Shown here: in pieces, positions 26,483 to 38,555 of the stretch
How positions within the stretch are numbered: position 1 is the stretch's first letter
Layout of the letters: every line of letters starts with the position of its first letter
NCBI RefSeq assembly: GCF_963921235.1
Contig: NC_086097.1
Coordinates: 107,758,001-107,822,000, forward strand
Length of the DNA: 64,000 bases
Direction: 5' to 3'
Origin: Mobula hypostoma
Lineage: Eukaryota
Made by a program: the position numbers and the translations under genes
Notes under the pieces: model-generated
The model's database searches: none
What the model was told of the DNA's origin: nothing
Seen by the model: only the letters and a program-made list of their open reading frames with translations

Positions 26483-26984
26483 AAATGGTACTTACTTCCA
26501 TTTACCACTGGAATTCAACTGTTGGTAGATGTTTACCCAAAAGACAGAGCTGAAGCCCGGAGCAGAATGCTCCTGTAAATCAGACTGGGCATCAGTGAAC
26601 ACACTATTTATAAGTTAGGTAATTCTTGATGGCACTGCTGATTATAACTGTAGCACTTTGCTAATGATTGATAGCAGACTGATTCTTTAGTAATTAGTTG
26701 AAATGGATTTGCCCTGCTGTTTGTGAATAAAACACAATGGAATAATTTCCACATTTTCAAGCAGCTATCAATGTTCTAACCGTAGTGGAACAGCTTAAAC
26801 AGAGTTGCAGCTACGCTGGAGAACAGGTTCTCAAGTTCATGTTTAAGTTCAGTTTATTGCAATTCAATACATGTATACCACCAAATGAAACAATGTTCCT
26901 CCAGACCAAGGTGCACACCACTGTACAGATAACTAACACACATATCACCTAAAGTACTATTAACACTAGTTATGAGCATGACAT

Positions 26985-27525
26985 TATTACAGCTCAGGGC
27001 ATCGGAATTCTGACGTCACCTGTAAGGAGTTTGTACATCCTCCCTGTGGAATGTGTAGGTTTGCTCCAGGTGCTCCAGTTTCCTGCCATAGTTCAAAAAT
27101 GCAATGATTAGTAGGCTAATGGGTAATTGTAAATTGTCCCGTGATTAAAGTAAAGGCATCCGTTAGTCTTGCGAGACCATGGATCTGCTCCTGAAAAGTC
27201 TTCACTCTCCAGGGCGCAGGCCTGGGCAAGGTTGTATGGAAGACCAGCAGTTGCCCATGCTGCAAGTCTCCCCTCTCCACGACACCAATGTTGTCCGAGG
27301 GAAGGGCATTAGGACCCATACAGCTTGGCACCAGTGTCATCGCAGAGCAATGTGTGATTAAGTGCCTTGCTCAGGGACACAACACGTTCCCTCGGCTGGG
27401 GCTCGAACTCACGACCTTCAGGTCACTAGTCCTATGCCTTAATCAATTGGCCACATCCCGTGATTAGGCTGGGGTTAAATCAGGGGTTACAGGGCCTATT
27501 CTACCCAGTACCTCTGAATAAAAAT
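26985..27525 (+). mobile_element. V-SINE (HE1-like), lying inside a minus-strand LINE 3' end (about 26830-27770)
   Basis: TGTAAGGAGTTTGTACATCCTCCCTGTG...GGTGCTCCAGTTTCCT V-domain; A-rich tail. Confidence 0.7.
27148..27455 (-). mobile_element. tRNA-headed CORE SINE with RTE-like tail
   Basis: A box TGGCCAATTGA, B box GTTCGAGCC, CORE-like GTTGTGTCCCTGAGCAAGGCACTTAA; perfect TSD TCCCGTGATTA (27137-27147, 27456-27466). Confidence 0.85.
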
Positions 27526-27774
27526 AAAATAAATTAACAAATAATAAAGTGCATTTACGACTCAAGTTAAAACAATATACCACTAGCACTTTGTGGGTGA
27601 TGAAGTCTGAGTGGTGGCAGGACATTCAGCAGTCTTACGGCTTGGGGAAAGAAGCTGTTTCTCATCCTAACAGTCCTTGTCTGAATGCTACGCTACCGCC
27701 TGCCTGATGATAGGGAGGTCAAAGAGATTCTTCGACGTATGGGAGGGATTATTGACAATGCTAAAGGCCCTGTC

Positions 27775-28475
27775 AATGGTGCAAATGGACTTGGGAGTCC
27801 TTGTGCAGGATTCCCTAAAGATTAACTTGCAGGTTGAGTCAGTGGCAAGGAAGGCAAATGCAATGTTAGCATTCATTTCAAGAGGACTAGAATATAAAAG
27901 CAAGGTTGTCGTGCTGAGCCTTTGTTGGTCAGACTGCAGTTGGTGTATTGTGTGCAGTTCTGAGCTCCTTATCTAAGCAAAGAAATGCTGGCATTGGAGA
28001 GGGTCCAGAGGATGTTCACAAGAATGATTCCGGGAATGAAATGCTTAAGATATAAGGAGCATTTGATTGCTCTGGGCCTGTAGTTGCTGGAGTTCAGAAG
28101 AATAAAGGGAGGATTTCATTGAACCCTCTCAAATATTGAAAGGCTTAGATAGACTGGATGTGGAGAGGAGTCTAGGAGCAAAGGGTACAACCTCAGAATA
28201 GTGGGATGTTCCTTTAAAACAGAAATGAGGAGCAATTGCTTTAGCCAGAGGGTGATGAATCTGCAGAATTCATTGCCACAGATGTTGTAGAAACCAAGTC
28301 ATTGGCCATATTTAAAACAGAGTTTGATATGTTCTTGATTAATTAGGGCACTAAAGGTTACAGAGAGAAGGGAGGAGAATCAGGTTGAGAGGGATAACAA
28401 ATCAGCCATGATGGAATGGCGGTGGCGACTCCATGGGCATAATAGCTAATTCTGCTCCTATGTCTGACGGTCTTA
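27775..28475 (+). mobile_element. CR1 3' fragment
   Basis: VQMDLGVLVQDSLKINLQVES...KANAMLAFISRGLEYKS. Confidence 0.88.
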
Positions 28476-28569
28476 CAGTGGTTTGATGATGAACTTCAAT
28501 AAAAAATAAATTTTTAAAAAAGAGAGTTCAATCAATATCTGACCTCCCACAGCCTTGCTTACTATCCCT

Positions 28570-28750
28570 AATAGTCAACATTTTGGGCTGAGGCCCTTTG
28601 ACAGGACACTATCCTGTCCTGCCAAAGGGTCTCGACCCAAATCGTTGACTGTACATTTTCCATGGATGCTGCCTGGCCTGCTGAGTTCCTCCAGCATTCT
28701 GTATGTGTTGCTTTGGATCTCCAGCATCTGTAGATTTTCTCCTGTTTCTG
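28570..28750. mobile_element. Penelope pLTR fragment with back-to-back decayed hammerheads
   Basis: Inverted pair 28572-28606 (-) and 28616-28651 (+), followed by the pLTR 3' end. Confidence 0.7.
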
Positions 28751-29545
28751 GCTACTTTCCATGTTCTTCTCCTTGGTGATGCAAAGTACTCACTTAGTAA
28801 CTCGCATACATCCTGTGGCTCCAAGCATAAATTCACTCCTTTGCTCTTGAGTGGTTCTACTCTCTCCCAAGTTACCCTACTGCTTTTAATCTATGCATCA
28901 AATAACTTGGGAATCTTTTAAATCCCGCTTACCAAGAACTTTCCATGGCCCTCCTGATTCCATTTAAATTCTCTCCTTATATTCCTCAAAGGCCCTGCCC
29001 AATTTCACCTTCCGGTTTCTTACATATGCTTCCCTTTTCTTTGTAATTGTCCTTTCCCCAATTTAGCAATTTACCACATGGTCCAATCTTATCCATATCC
29101 CTAAATGACTTCTCAAAATGCTTTCCCAGCAAAACTCCAGTCACCTGTTAATTAACCACAATCTGTGTCAAAAGACATCCTAGATGCACTTAACACATTT
29201 TGCCCCTATCTAAGTCTCTGGCACTATGGGATTCCTGATCAATACTGGGGAAAATTAACATCATCCATTACAAGAAATATATTGCTTTTATATTTTTCCA
29301 TAATCTGCCAACAAATCCATTCCTCTACCTCCCACTGGTTATTGGGAGAACTATAGATTAACCCTATCATAGTGATTGCACCTTTCTTATTCCTGAGGTG
29401 AACCCATATGACCTCACTGGATGAGACTTCCAGGATGTCCTCTCTGGGTGTAACTGTTAACATTTTCGCTGATTAGTAATGCAACTCCCCCACCTCTTCT
29501 ACATCCCTGTCTACTGTGTCTGAAACTCCTGAATCCTGAAACTTT
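28750..29545 (-). mobile_element. Deleted, degenerate CR1 endonuclease region
   Basis: REDILEVSSSEVIWVHLRNKKGAIT...DDVNFP. Confidence 0.75.
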
Positions 29546-32500
29546 AAAGATTACAGATTATCTTTATTTGCCACATGTACGTTGAAACATACAGTGAACT
29601 ACATCATTTTCTATCAGGTCAAATCAAATCAGTGAGGATTGTGCTGAGGGAAGCCCGCAACAGTTGCCACACTTCTGGCACCATCGCAGCGTGCCCACAA
29701 CTTACTAACCCTAACCTGTACATCTTTGGACTGTGGGAGGAAACCAGAGCACCAGGAGGAAAATCACATGGTCATGGAGAGAACGTTCAAACTCCTTACA
29801 GACAGTGGCAGTAATCAAACCCCGGTCACTGATTCAGGAGCCTGATGGTTGATGTTCTGAACCAGGACCTTGAGAGATAGTGCCCGACCAACTCAGTTCC
29901 TCCAGCAGTTTGTTCTGTGCTCCAGGTAGCAGCATCTATAATTTCTCCCGTCTTTACTTCAGTGGCTGGGCGTCATCACAGCACCACCAGGGATTCTGCA
30001 TGTTTCTAGATTACAAGATAAGCCATCTGTCATCCAGTACAGGTCAATATGGGCACAGGCAACAGCAGCAGCAGCACGATCTGGCCTATTTGATGGAGTA
30101 TCAAATTAAATGTACCCCTTATTTCCAGAATTAATACCATTTCCCTCATCCTTTAGTTATGTGTCCTATTTAACAGCTGCATAAATATTATAAACTAACT
30201 AACCTAATGATATCACAAAAGCAAAACTCTGCAGACTCTGGAAATCTGAAACAAAAAAAATGCTGGAAGACTCAGCAGAGCAAGTGGCAGCAGTGGCAGG
30301 AAAACAAGAACAGATGTATCAGAAAAGGATCCTTCATCAGACCTAGAATGTGAGAAAAAAAATGTTTTGAGTTGTAGCAAGGAGAATCAGAATCAGGTTT
30401 AATATCACCAGCACATGTTGTGAAATTTGTTAACTTAGCAGCAGCAGTACAATGCAATACATAATAATATAGAAAAAAATTAGCAAATCAATTACAGTAA
30501 ATATATATACATATTAAATAGTTAGATTAAAAATAGTGCAACAGAAGAGGGGAACAGGCTGTTCCTGAATCACTGTGTGTGTGTCTTCAGGCTTCTGTAT
30601 CTCCTTCCAGATGGTAGCAATGAGAAGAGGGCATATCCTGGGTCACGCCACCTCTCTAAGGCACCGCTCCTTGAAGATGTCTTGCATACTGAAGAAGCAA
30701 GTACCGAGATGGAGCTGACTAATTTTACAACTTTCTGTAGCTTCTTTCGATCCTGTGCAGCAGCACCCCCCGCCCCACCATACCAGAAAGCCTGTCAGAA
30801 CACTCTTGACCGTATACTGTAGAAGTTTTTGAGTGTTTTAGGTCACAAACCAAATCTCCTCAAACTCCTAATGAAATATAGGCACTGTCTTGTCTTCTTT
30901 ATAGCTGCATCGATACGTTGGGATCAGGTTAGATCCTGAGATATTGAATTGAATTGAATTGACTTTATTTCTTACATCCTTCACATACATGAGGAGTAAA
31001 AATCTTTACATTACATCTCCATCGAAATGTGCAACGTGCAATCATAGTGATTTATAATGAATAGAACAGTCAATGTAACATAGAATACACTCAAATCAGC
31101 GTGAGTTCATCAGTCTGATGGCCTGGTGGAAGAAGCTGTCCTGGAGCCTGTTGGACCCGGCTTTTATGCTGCGGTACCGCTTCCTGGATGGTAGCAGCTG
31201 GAATAGATTGTGGTTGGGATGGCTTGGGTCCCCAGTGACCCTTTTTACACACCTGTCCTCGTAAATGTCCTGAATCATGGGAAGTTCACAACTACAGATG
31301 TGCTGGGCTGTCTGCGCCACCCTCTGCAGAGTCCTGTGATTAAGGGAGGTACCGTTCCCATACCAGGCAGTGATGCAGTCAGTCAGGATGCTCTCATTTG
31401 TGCCCCTGTAGAAGGTTCTTGGGGCCCACACCAAACTTCCTCAACCATCTGAAGTGAAGGAGGCACGGTTGTGCCTTTTTCACCACACAGCTGGTGTGTA
31501 CAGACCACGTGAGGTCCTCGGTGATGTGCATGCTGAGGAACTTGAAGCTGTTTACCCTCTCAACCCCAGATCCATTGATCCTCCTGTAATCCACAATCAG
31601 CTCCTTTGTTTTTGCAACATTGAGAGAGATGTTGTTTTCTTGACACCACTGTGTCATAGAGATCTTCCTTCTAGGCCATCTTGTTATTGTCTGAGATAAG
31701 GCCAATCAATGTAGTTTTGTCAGCAAATTTATTTAACAGATTGGAGCTGTGTGTGGCAATACAGTCATGGTATACAGCAGTGGTCCCCAACCACCGGGCC
31801 GCAAAGCATGTGCTACCAGGCCGCGAGGAAACGATATGATTTGGCGATATGAGTCAGCTGCACCTTTCCTCATTCCCTGTCACGCCCACTGTTGAACTTG
31901 AACACACGCGAGGTCATTACTCACACGCCATCCATGTCAGCACGGGAAGAAGATCAACTCCTCAAGCATGCAAATGATGACGGGCTGAAAAGTATGTTCG
32001 ATATAACATCTCTGCCGGCATTCTGGATCAAAGTCAAGACTAAATATCCTGAGATAGCCACGAAAGCACTGAAAATGTTGCTTCCATTTCCAACATATCT
32101 CTGCGAAGCGGGGTTTTCTGCAATGAATGCAACGAAAACTAAATTGCGGAATAGACTGGACATAAGGAACCCCCTTCGAGTATTACTGTCTCCCATTACC
32201 CCTCGATAGGACTGTCTTGTTGCAGGAAAACAAGGCCAGAGCTCCCACTGATTCAGCAATATTGGTGTATTGCAATGATTTTATATGTTCATATGATGAA
32301 AATATGTGCTGTGTGTTTAATATCCAAACGTTACTTAAAATGTTATGATGCTATTGACTTATAAGTGACTTATAATTGAATTATCACTGTATTCATGTGA
32401 TGCACTGTGTGACTAATATTAAATTCGTTAGATAAACCCTTTTAGAAACGAAATTGAGTGTATTAGCCACTTATAAGTGACTTATAGTTGACTTATCACC

Positions 32501-32925
32501 TATATTCCAGTCATGATTAACACCCCACCCCCACTAGGGTTGCCAACTGTCCCGTATTAGCCAGGACATCCAGTATATTGGGCTAAATTTGTTTGTCCCA
32601 TACGGGACCGCCTTTGTCCCATCTTTCCCCTGCTAAGGTAGAGCATACCTATGAAATCTTTCATACCAAAATGGCATAAAGCAAAGAAACAATTACCATT
32701 AATTTATATGAGAAAAATTTTTGAGCGTTCCCAGACCCAAAAAATAACCTACCAAATCATACCAAATAACACATAAAAGCTAAAATAACACTAACATATA
32801 GTAAAAGCTGGAATGATATGATAAATACACAGCCTATATAGAGTAGAAATAATGTATGTACAGCAACACACATCAAAGTTGCTGGTTAACGCAGCAGGCC
32901 AGGCAGCATCTCTAGGAAGAGGTAC

Positions 32926-32961
32926 AGTCGACGTTTCAGGCCGAGACCCTTCGTCAGGACT
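32926..32961 (-). ncRNA. Minimal type I hammerhead ribozyme, intact core
   Basis: AGUC-CUGACGA-AGGGUCUCGGCCU-GAAA-CGUC/GACU: stem I AGUC:GACU, stem II AGG:CCU, palindromic ACGU stem III, GUC cleavage triplet. Confidence 0.85.
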
Positions 32962-34543
32962 AACTGAAGGAAGAGCTAGTAAGAGATTTGAAAGTGGGAG
33001 GGGGAGGGGGAGATCCAAAATGATAGGAGAAGACAGCAGGGGGAAGGATGGAGCCAAGAGCTGGACAGGTGATTGGCAAAAGGGATATGAGAGGAACATG
33101 GGACAGAAGGCCCAAGGAGAAGGAAAAGGGGGAGGGGGGGGAATCCAGAGGATGGGCAAGGGGTATAGTCAGAGGGACAAGGGGGAGAAAAAGGAGAGTG
33201 AGAGAAAGAATGTGTGTATATAAATAACGGATGGGGTACAAGGAGGTGGGGCATTAGTGGAAGTTAGAGAAGTCAATGTTCATGCCATCAGGTTGGAGGC
33301 TACCCAGACGGAATATAAGGTGTTGATCCTCCAACCTGAGTCATTTTTACATCTTTACCTTCATCTTTATAGTAGAGGAGGCCGTGGATAGACATGTCAG
33401 AATGGGAATGGGATGTGCAATTAAAATGTGTGGCCACTGGGAGATCCTGCTTTCTCTGGCAGACAGAGCGTAGGTGTTCAGCAAAGCGGTCTCCCAGTCT
33501 GCGTTGGGTCTCACCAATATATAGAAGGCCACATTGGGAGCACCAGATGCAGTACATCACCCCAGCCGACTCACAGGTGAAGTGTCGCCTCACCTGGAGG
33601 GACTGTCTGGGGCCCTGAATGGTGGTAAGGGAGGAAGTGTAAGGGCATGTGTAGCACTTGTTCCGCTTACAAGGATAAGGGCCAGGAGGGAGATCAATGG
33701 GGAGGGATGGGGGAGACGAATGGACAAGGGAGTCGCGTAGGGAGCGATCCCTGCAGAAAGCAGAGAGGGGGGAGGGAAAGATGTGCTTAGTGGTGGGATC
33801 CAATTGGAGGTGGCGCAAGTTACGGAGAATAATATGTTGGACCCAGAGCCTGGTGGGGTGGTAGGTGAGGACCAGGGGAACCCTATCCCTGGTGGGGTGG
33901 CGGGAGGATGGAGTGAGAGCAGATGTGCGTGAAATGGGGGAGATGCGTTTGAGAGCAGAGTTGATGGTGGAGGAAGGGAAGCCCCTTTCTTTAAAAAAGG
34001 AGGACATCTCCCTCGTCCTGGAATGAAAAGCCTCATCGAGGGAGAATACCTACGCTCTGTCCGCCAGAGAAAGTAGGATCTCCCAGTGGCCACACATTTT
34101 AATTCCACATCCCATTCCCATTCTAACATGTCTATCCACGGCCTCCTCTACTGTAAAGATGAAGCCACACTCAGCTTGGAGGAACAACATCTTATATTCC
34201 ATCTGGGTAGCCTCCAACCTGATGGCATGAACATTGACTTCTCTAACTTCCGTTAATGCCCCACTTCACCCTTGTACCCCATCCATTATTTATATACACA
34301 TATTCTATCTCTCACTCTCCTTTTTCTCCCTCTGTCCCTCTGACTATACCCCTTGCCCATCCTCTAGGTTCTCCCCCCTTTCCTTCTTCCTGGGCCCCCT
34401 GTCCCATGATCCTCTCATATCCCTTTTGCCAATCACCTGTCCAGCTCTTGGCTCCATCCCTCCCCCTCCTGTCTTATCCTATCATTTTGGATCTCCCCCT
34501 CTCCCTCTCACTTTCAAATCTCTTACTAGCTCTTTCTTCAGTT

Positions 34544-34579
34544 AGTCCTGACGAAGGGTCTCTGCCTGAAACGTCAACT
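34544..34579 (+). ncRNA. Hammerhead copy, stem I mismatch
   Basis: AGUC-CUGACGA-AGGGUCUCUGCCU-GAAA-CGUC/AACU. Confidence 0.7.
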
Positions 34580-35408
34580 GTACCTCTTCCTAGAGATACT
34601 GCCTGGCCTACTGTGTTCACCAGCAACTTTGATGTCTGTTGCTTGAATTTCCAGCATCTGCAGAATTCCTCGTGTTAATGTATGTACAGTGTAGTTTCAC
34701 TGGACAAAATTGCCAAAACTGATTTGTAGAAAAAAAATTGGCATGTACACGCATGCATACGGCATGTATGTGCATGGGACGCATGCGCACACAGGTGCCC
34801 ACACAAGGCTTCATGGTCATGGTAGTCTTTCTCGGGGTAAACACAGTGAGAAAGTGAGCAACCCTACCCACCCCCCCCACCCCCTAGTCTGCTGGTCCAC
34901 AAGAATATTGTCAATATTCAACCAGTCCGTAGTGCAAAAAAGGTTGGGGACCCCTGGCATACAGGGAGTAAAGGAGGGGACTCAGTACGCAGCACTGAGG
35001 GGCTCCTGTATTGAGTGACAGACGGGTGGAGGTGAGGGAGGCCACTCTTACCATCTTCTGGCAATCTGACAGGAAGTCCAGGATCCAGCTGCACAAGGCA
35101 GGGTCAAGGCCGAGGTCTCGGAGCTTCCTGTTGAGCCTGGATGGAATTATGGTGTTGAATGCTGAACTGTAGTCCAAGAACAGTATTCTCACATAGGCAT
35201 CCTTCTTCTCCAGATTTGTAAGGATGGTATGTAGAGCAGTGGCTATTGCATCATCTGTCGATTGGTTATGTTGGTAGGGGAAATGTAGGGGGTCCAGTGT
35301 GGGTGGTAGCAAGCTGCAGATGTAGTCCTTGACCAGCTTCTCAAAGCATTTGCTTATTATTGAGGTGAGTGTGACAGGACGCCAGTCGTTCAGGCAGGTT
35401 ACCTCGGT

Positions 35409-37824
35409 AAGTGGCGTATCTAAGGTATGGCACGTTTCCTGGGTGCCACTTGAAGGGGGGGGGCGCCACTGAGCAGTTTCTATTAAAGTCAGACAAGCCA
35501 TCCTCGGATAGTGAAAAAATAATTTTCTTTAGATGTATGATCTGTCTTTGATCATCATGGGTGAGAAGCACTAGGATGACCTTACTTCAGAGCATTGTGT
35601 AAGAAGACCATGAAATGTTTCTTCACGAAGAAGAAGGAAAGTGGGGCTCAAGGACCGAAGAGACAAAAGTTGGAGGCGGAGGAAGCCAAGAAGTTGAGCA
35701 AGTTCTTCATGCCTTTCTTTGAAAAGCCTGGAACAAGTAGTCTGACACGTTCCATGGAGTCGCCTGCACCTGCTACAAGTTTGTTAGAATCCGAAGGTGG
35801 ATCAAGTACAAATGCGTTACAAGCCGAGGAGGAAATCAAGTCAGATTAATCCGAGTATATTGAGATTAAGAGTGAGGCTGCCACAGAGAACGTGGACATG
35901 ACAGGAGGGGAAGACGATGGTGGTGGTGGTGATGTTGAGTTTATCGACGAGATTTTACCTGACAACACTGAACCTCGTGAACTGGATGGTGTCAAAGAGC
36001 CTCGAACTGTCATATCAGAAGTGATTGAACAGCATGACATTGGACTTCTGAAGTTCCACAAGGATACTGGAAAAGCAATTCTGCCTGACACGTTGAGAAC
36101 AGAAATAATAAAGCTGGGTTTGAAGTATTTCCAGAACAATGAGGTGCTTTTCCTACTAACAAATAACTGCTCAATGAACAAAAATTGGTTCAAGAGGAAA
36201 TTGGGAAATGGTCGTGGTGAGGAGGTGACTCGCTCCTGGCTGGTCTATTCCACTTCTAAAATGTCTGCATTTTGTATCTGTTGTCTTCTCTATTCCCAGT
36301 CAGACCATCAATCCTCATTGGAGCAGGAAAGTGGATTCAACCAGTGGAAAGCACCTGAAAGGATTAGTGTTCATGAAAATGCCAAGAATCATCGGGAATG
36401 CTTCACACAGTGGAAAGAAATTTAGCTGGAAACAGAGGAGTTATTGACGCGGTATTTCAGTCACAGATTGAGAAGGAAAAGCAGAAGTGGCGTGATATCT
36501 TGACAAGAATCCTTCACTGCATAAAATTCCTTGCAAATCAGAACCTGGCTTTGCGAGGACACAGGGAGTCACTTCAGCTAGACAATGACTCCAGTGTGGG
36601 AAATTTCCTTGGCTTACTGAAACTACTGGCCATCTTTGACCCTGTCATAAAAGAACACCTCACTCATTTGGAAAGTCATCCTGGATCCACGTCTTATCTT
36701 TCACCAGGTCTCCAGAACGAATTCATCCACATGATGGCATCCACTGTTCGCCAGAGTTTATTGAGAAGCATTCGTAAAGCCAAGTATTATGGTCTCATGT
36801 TCGACTCGACTCCTGATCAGGCACATCGTGAGCAGATGTCAGTAGTGAGGTATGTGGAAGTTAATTTTGAGAGGAAAACAGTCTGTGTTAGAGAGTCCTT
36901 CCTTGATTTTATCTAGATAAACCAGAAGGATGCTGAGAGCTTGGTTGAAGACATCTTGAAACAGCTAGAGAAGGATGAAATGGAGCTACAAGATTGTCAG
37001 TCACAGTGCTATGACAACGCTGCTGTGATGGCTGGACACAGAAGTGGTGTTCATCAAAGAATAAGAGAGAAAAGCAACCTGGCAGTGTTTGTGAATTACG
37101 ACAATCACTCACTCAACTTGGTGAGTGTACATGCAGCCAAGCAGGATACAATGATGGTCACGTTTTTTGGAACCATCGACACTGACGCCAAGTTTGGGTT
37201 CCTTCTCGATGTCGAGGACTGTGTCATGCGCTGACAGTAACAACCTAAAGAAGAAGTGCAAAAATTTGGGTGAATTCTACAGCTCTGATGTTGATGGACA
37301 CCAGCTATATGAAGAAATTTTGGATTGCAGAATGTTGCTATCAAGGCGGGTCAACATGAAAATATGAAGACCTGAAGAGCTTCTTGAATTTATTGTTCAG
37401 TATGGAGATGAGAGCGTCTTCCCCAATCTTTGCATTGCTATTCAGATAATGCTAACCATCACAGTTTCTGTTGCCAGCTGTGAGAGATCATTCAGCAAGT
37501 TAAAACTAATACTTTCGTATTTGAGAGCCTCCATGGGTCAAGGCAGACTCTGTGATCTTGCTCTGCTGAGTGTAGAAAGAGAAGAAACTGAAAAAACTGA
37601 CTTTGATCATATCATAGACCAATTTGCATCAGTGAAAGCAAGGAAGGTGTAGTTATAATTTTCATGTAGTGCCATAATTTGTTAATTAAAAGATTAACGA
37701 GCTTGACTTGCATTTTTGAGCTCATATTATGGTAAAGTTATCTGAAAGATGGGTGTCAGATGTTTGGACAGGGGTGCAATTTCAGTGCTTGCCATAGGCG
37801 CTATTTTCCGTAGATACGCCCCTG
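35409..37824 (+). mobile_element. hAT (Tip100/Zaphod-like) transposon with fragmented transposase
   Basis: TIRs AGTGGCGTATCTA / TAGATACGCCCCTG; 8-bp TSD ACCTCGGT / ACCTTAGT; TTF-type zinc finger (RSWLVYS...FCICCLL), NLALRGH, FDSTPD, YDNAAVMAG, SVASCERSFSKLK; internal deletion near 37170. Confidence 0.93.
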
Positions 37825-38232
37825 ACCTTAGTCTTTTTTGGTACAGGGACAATGGTAGATAATTTGAAGCAGGAAGGCACTCTACACTGGGAGAGGGAGA
37901 GATTTAAAATGTAAGCACACCTGCCAATTGTGCTGCACACATCCTAAGTACTGGGATGCTGTCTGGTCCCGCAGCCTTGCGGCTGTCCACTCATTGGAAA
38001 CATCTGCATACTTCAGCCTCAGAGATGACCAGGTTGCAGGTTGTAGCGGTGGCTTTCCTCGGAGGCTCAGAGGCTCAAGATTTAAAATTGCTCACTCTCT
38101 CCACTTCTGATCCCTCTATAAGAATTGGTTCATGTTCCCTTGTCTTACCCTTCCTGAAGTCCACAGTCAGCTTTCTAGTCTTACTGATGTTGAGTGCGAG
38201 GTTGTTGCTGCGACACCACTCAAATAGCTGGT

Positions 38233-38555
38233 ATACAAGGGGTGATTAATAAGTTTGTGGCCTAAGGTAGAAGATGAGTTATACAGCTCTCGTTACATGC
38301 ACACTCAGTCCAACATATTGAGTGATTATGCAGAAAGTTTGAAGTTGATAACTCATCATCTTCTATCTTAGGCCACAAACTTATCAATCACCCTTGCTGT
38401 GGACAGTTTCTGGAGGACCAAGATCCGTATGCTCCACGACCGCTAGACTAAGTGTGTAAATGTAGGAGGGGACTATGTTGAAAAATAAATGTGCTAGGTT
38501 TTCTAAGATTGACTCCTTCTACCTTAGGTCATGAACTTATCAATAACGCCTCCTA
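38233..38555 (+). mobile_element. Mariner-derived MITE
   Basis: TIR TACAAGGGGTGATTAATAAGTTTGTGGCCTAAGGTAGAAG and its reverse complements; transposase C-terminus LHDR*TKCVNVGGDYVEK*. Confidence 0.85.

Larger units (their letters stand above)
32864..34675. mobile_element. Penelope-like element with inverted pLTRs
   Basis: Minus ORF 33300-34007 with GIY-YIG endonuclease (VMYCIWCSQCGLLYIGETQRRLGDRFAEH); inverted plus-strand copy about 34040-34675; perfect 14-bp TSD TAATGTATGTACAG (32850-32863, 34676-34689). Confidence 0.95.
32535..34866. mobile_element. hAT Blackjack-like MITE
   Basis: Ends TAGGGTTGCCAACT / AGTGAGCAACCCTA with subterminal GTCCC/GGGAC motifs; TSD ambiguous in a C-rich target. 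Confidence 0.75.
31778..34956 (+). mobile_element. hAT (Charlie/Buster-like) internally deleted transposon
   Basis: TIRs CAGTGGTCCCCAACC / GGTTGGGGACCCCTG; 8-bp TSD GTATACAG / GCATACAG; dimerisation domain FWIKVKTKYPEIATKALKMLLPFPTYLCEAGFS. Confidence 0.93.
30945..38065 (-). mobile_element. Rex1/Babar LINE B (30945-31777, 34957-35408, 37825-38065)
   Basis: (TTCAA)n tail; WCQENNISLNVAKTKELIVDYR; LFLDYSSAFNTI; GAPQCCVLSPLLYSLY. Confidence 0.85.

Noticed and set aside
27390..27459. tRNA-like sequence on the minus strand
   Set aside because: It is the head of a SINE bounded by a TSD and continues into a CORE domain; no acceptor-stem 3' half or terminator.
35595..37652. Possible ZMYM1-like or THAP12-like host gene
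   Set aside because: Flanked by TIRs and an 8-bp TSD, frameshifted and internally deleted, so it is a transposon copy.
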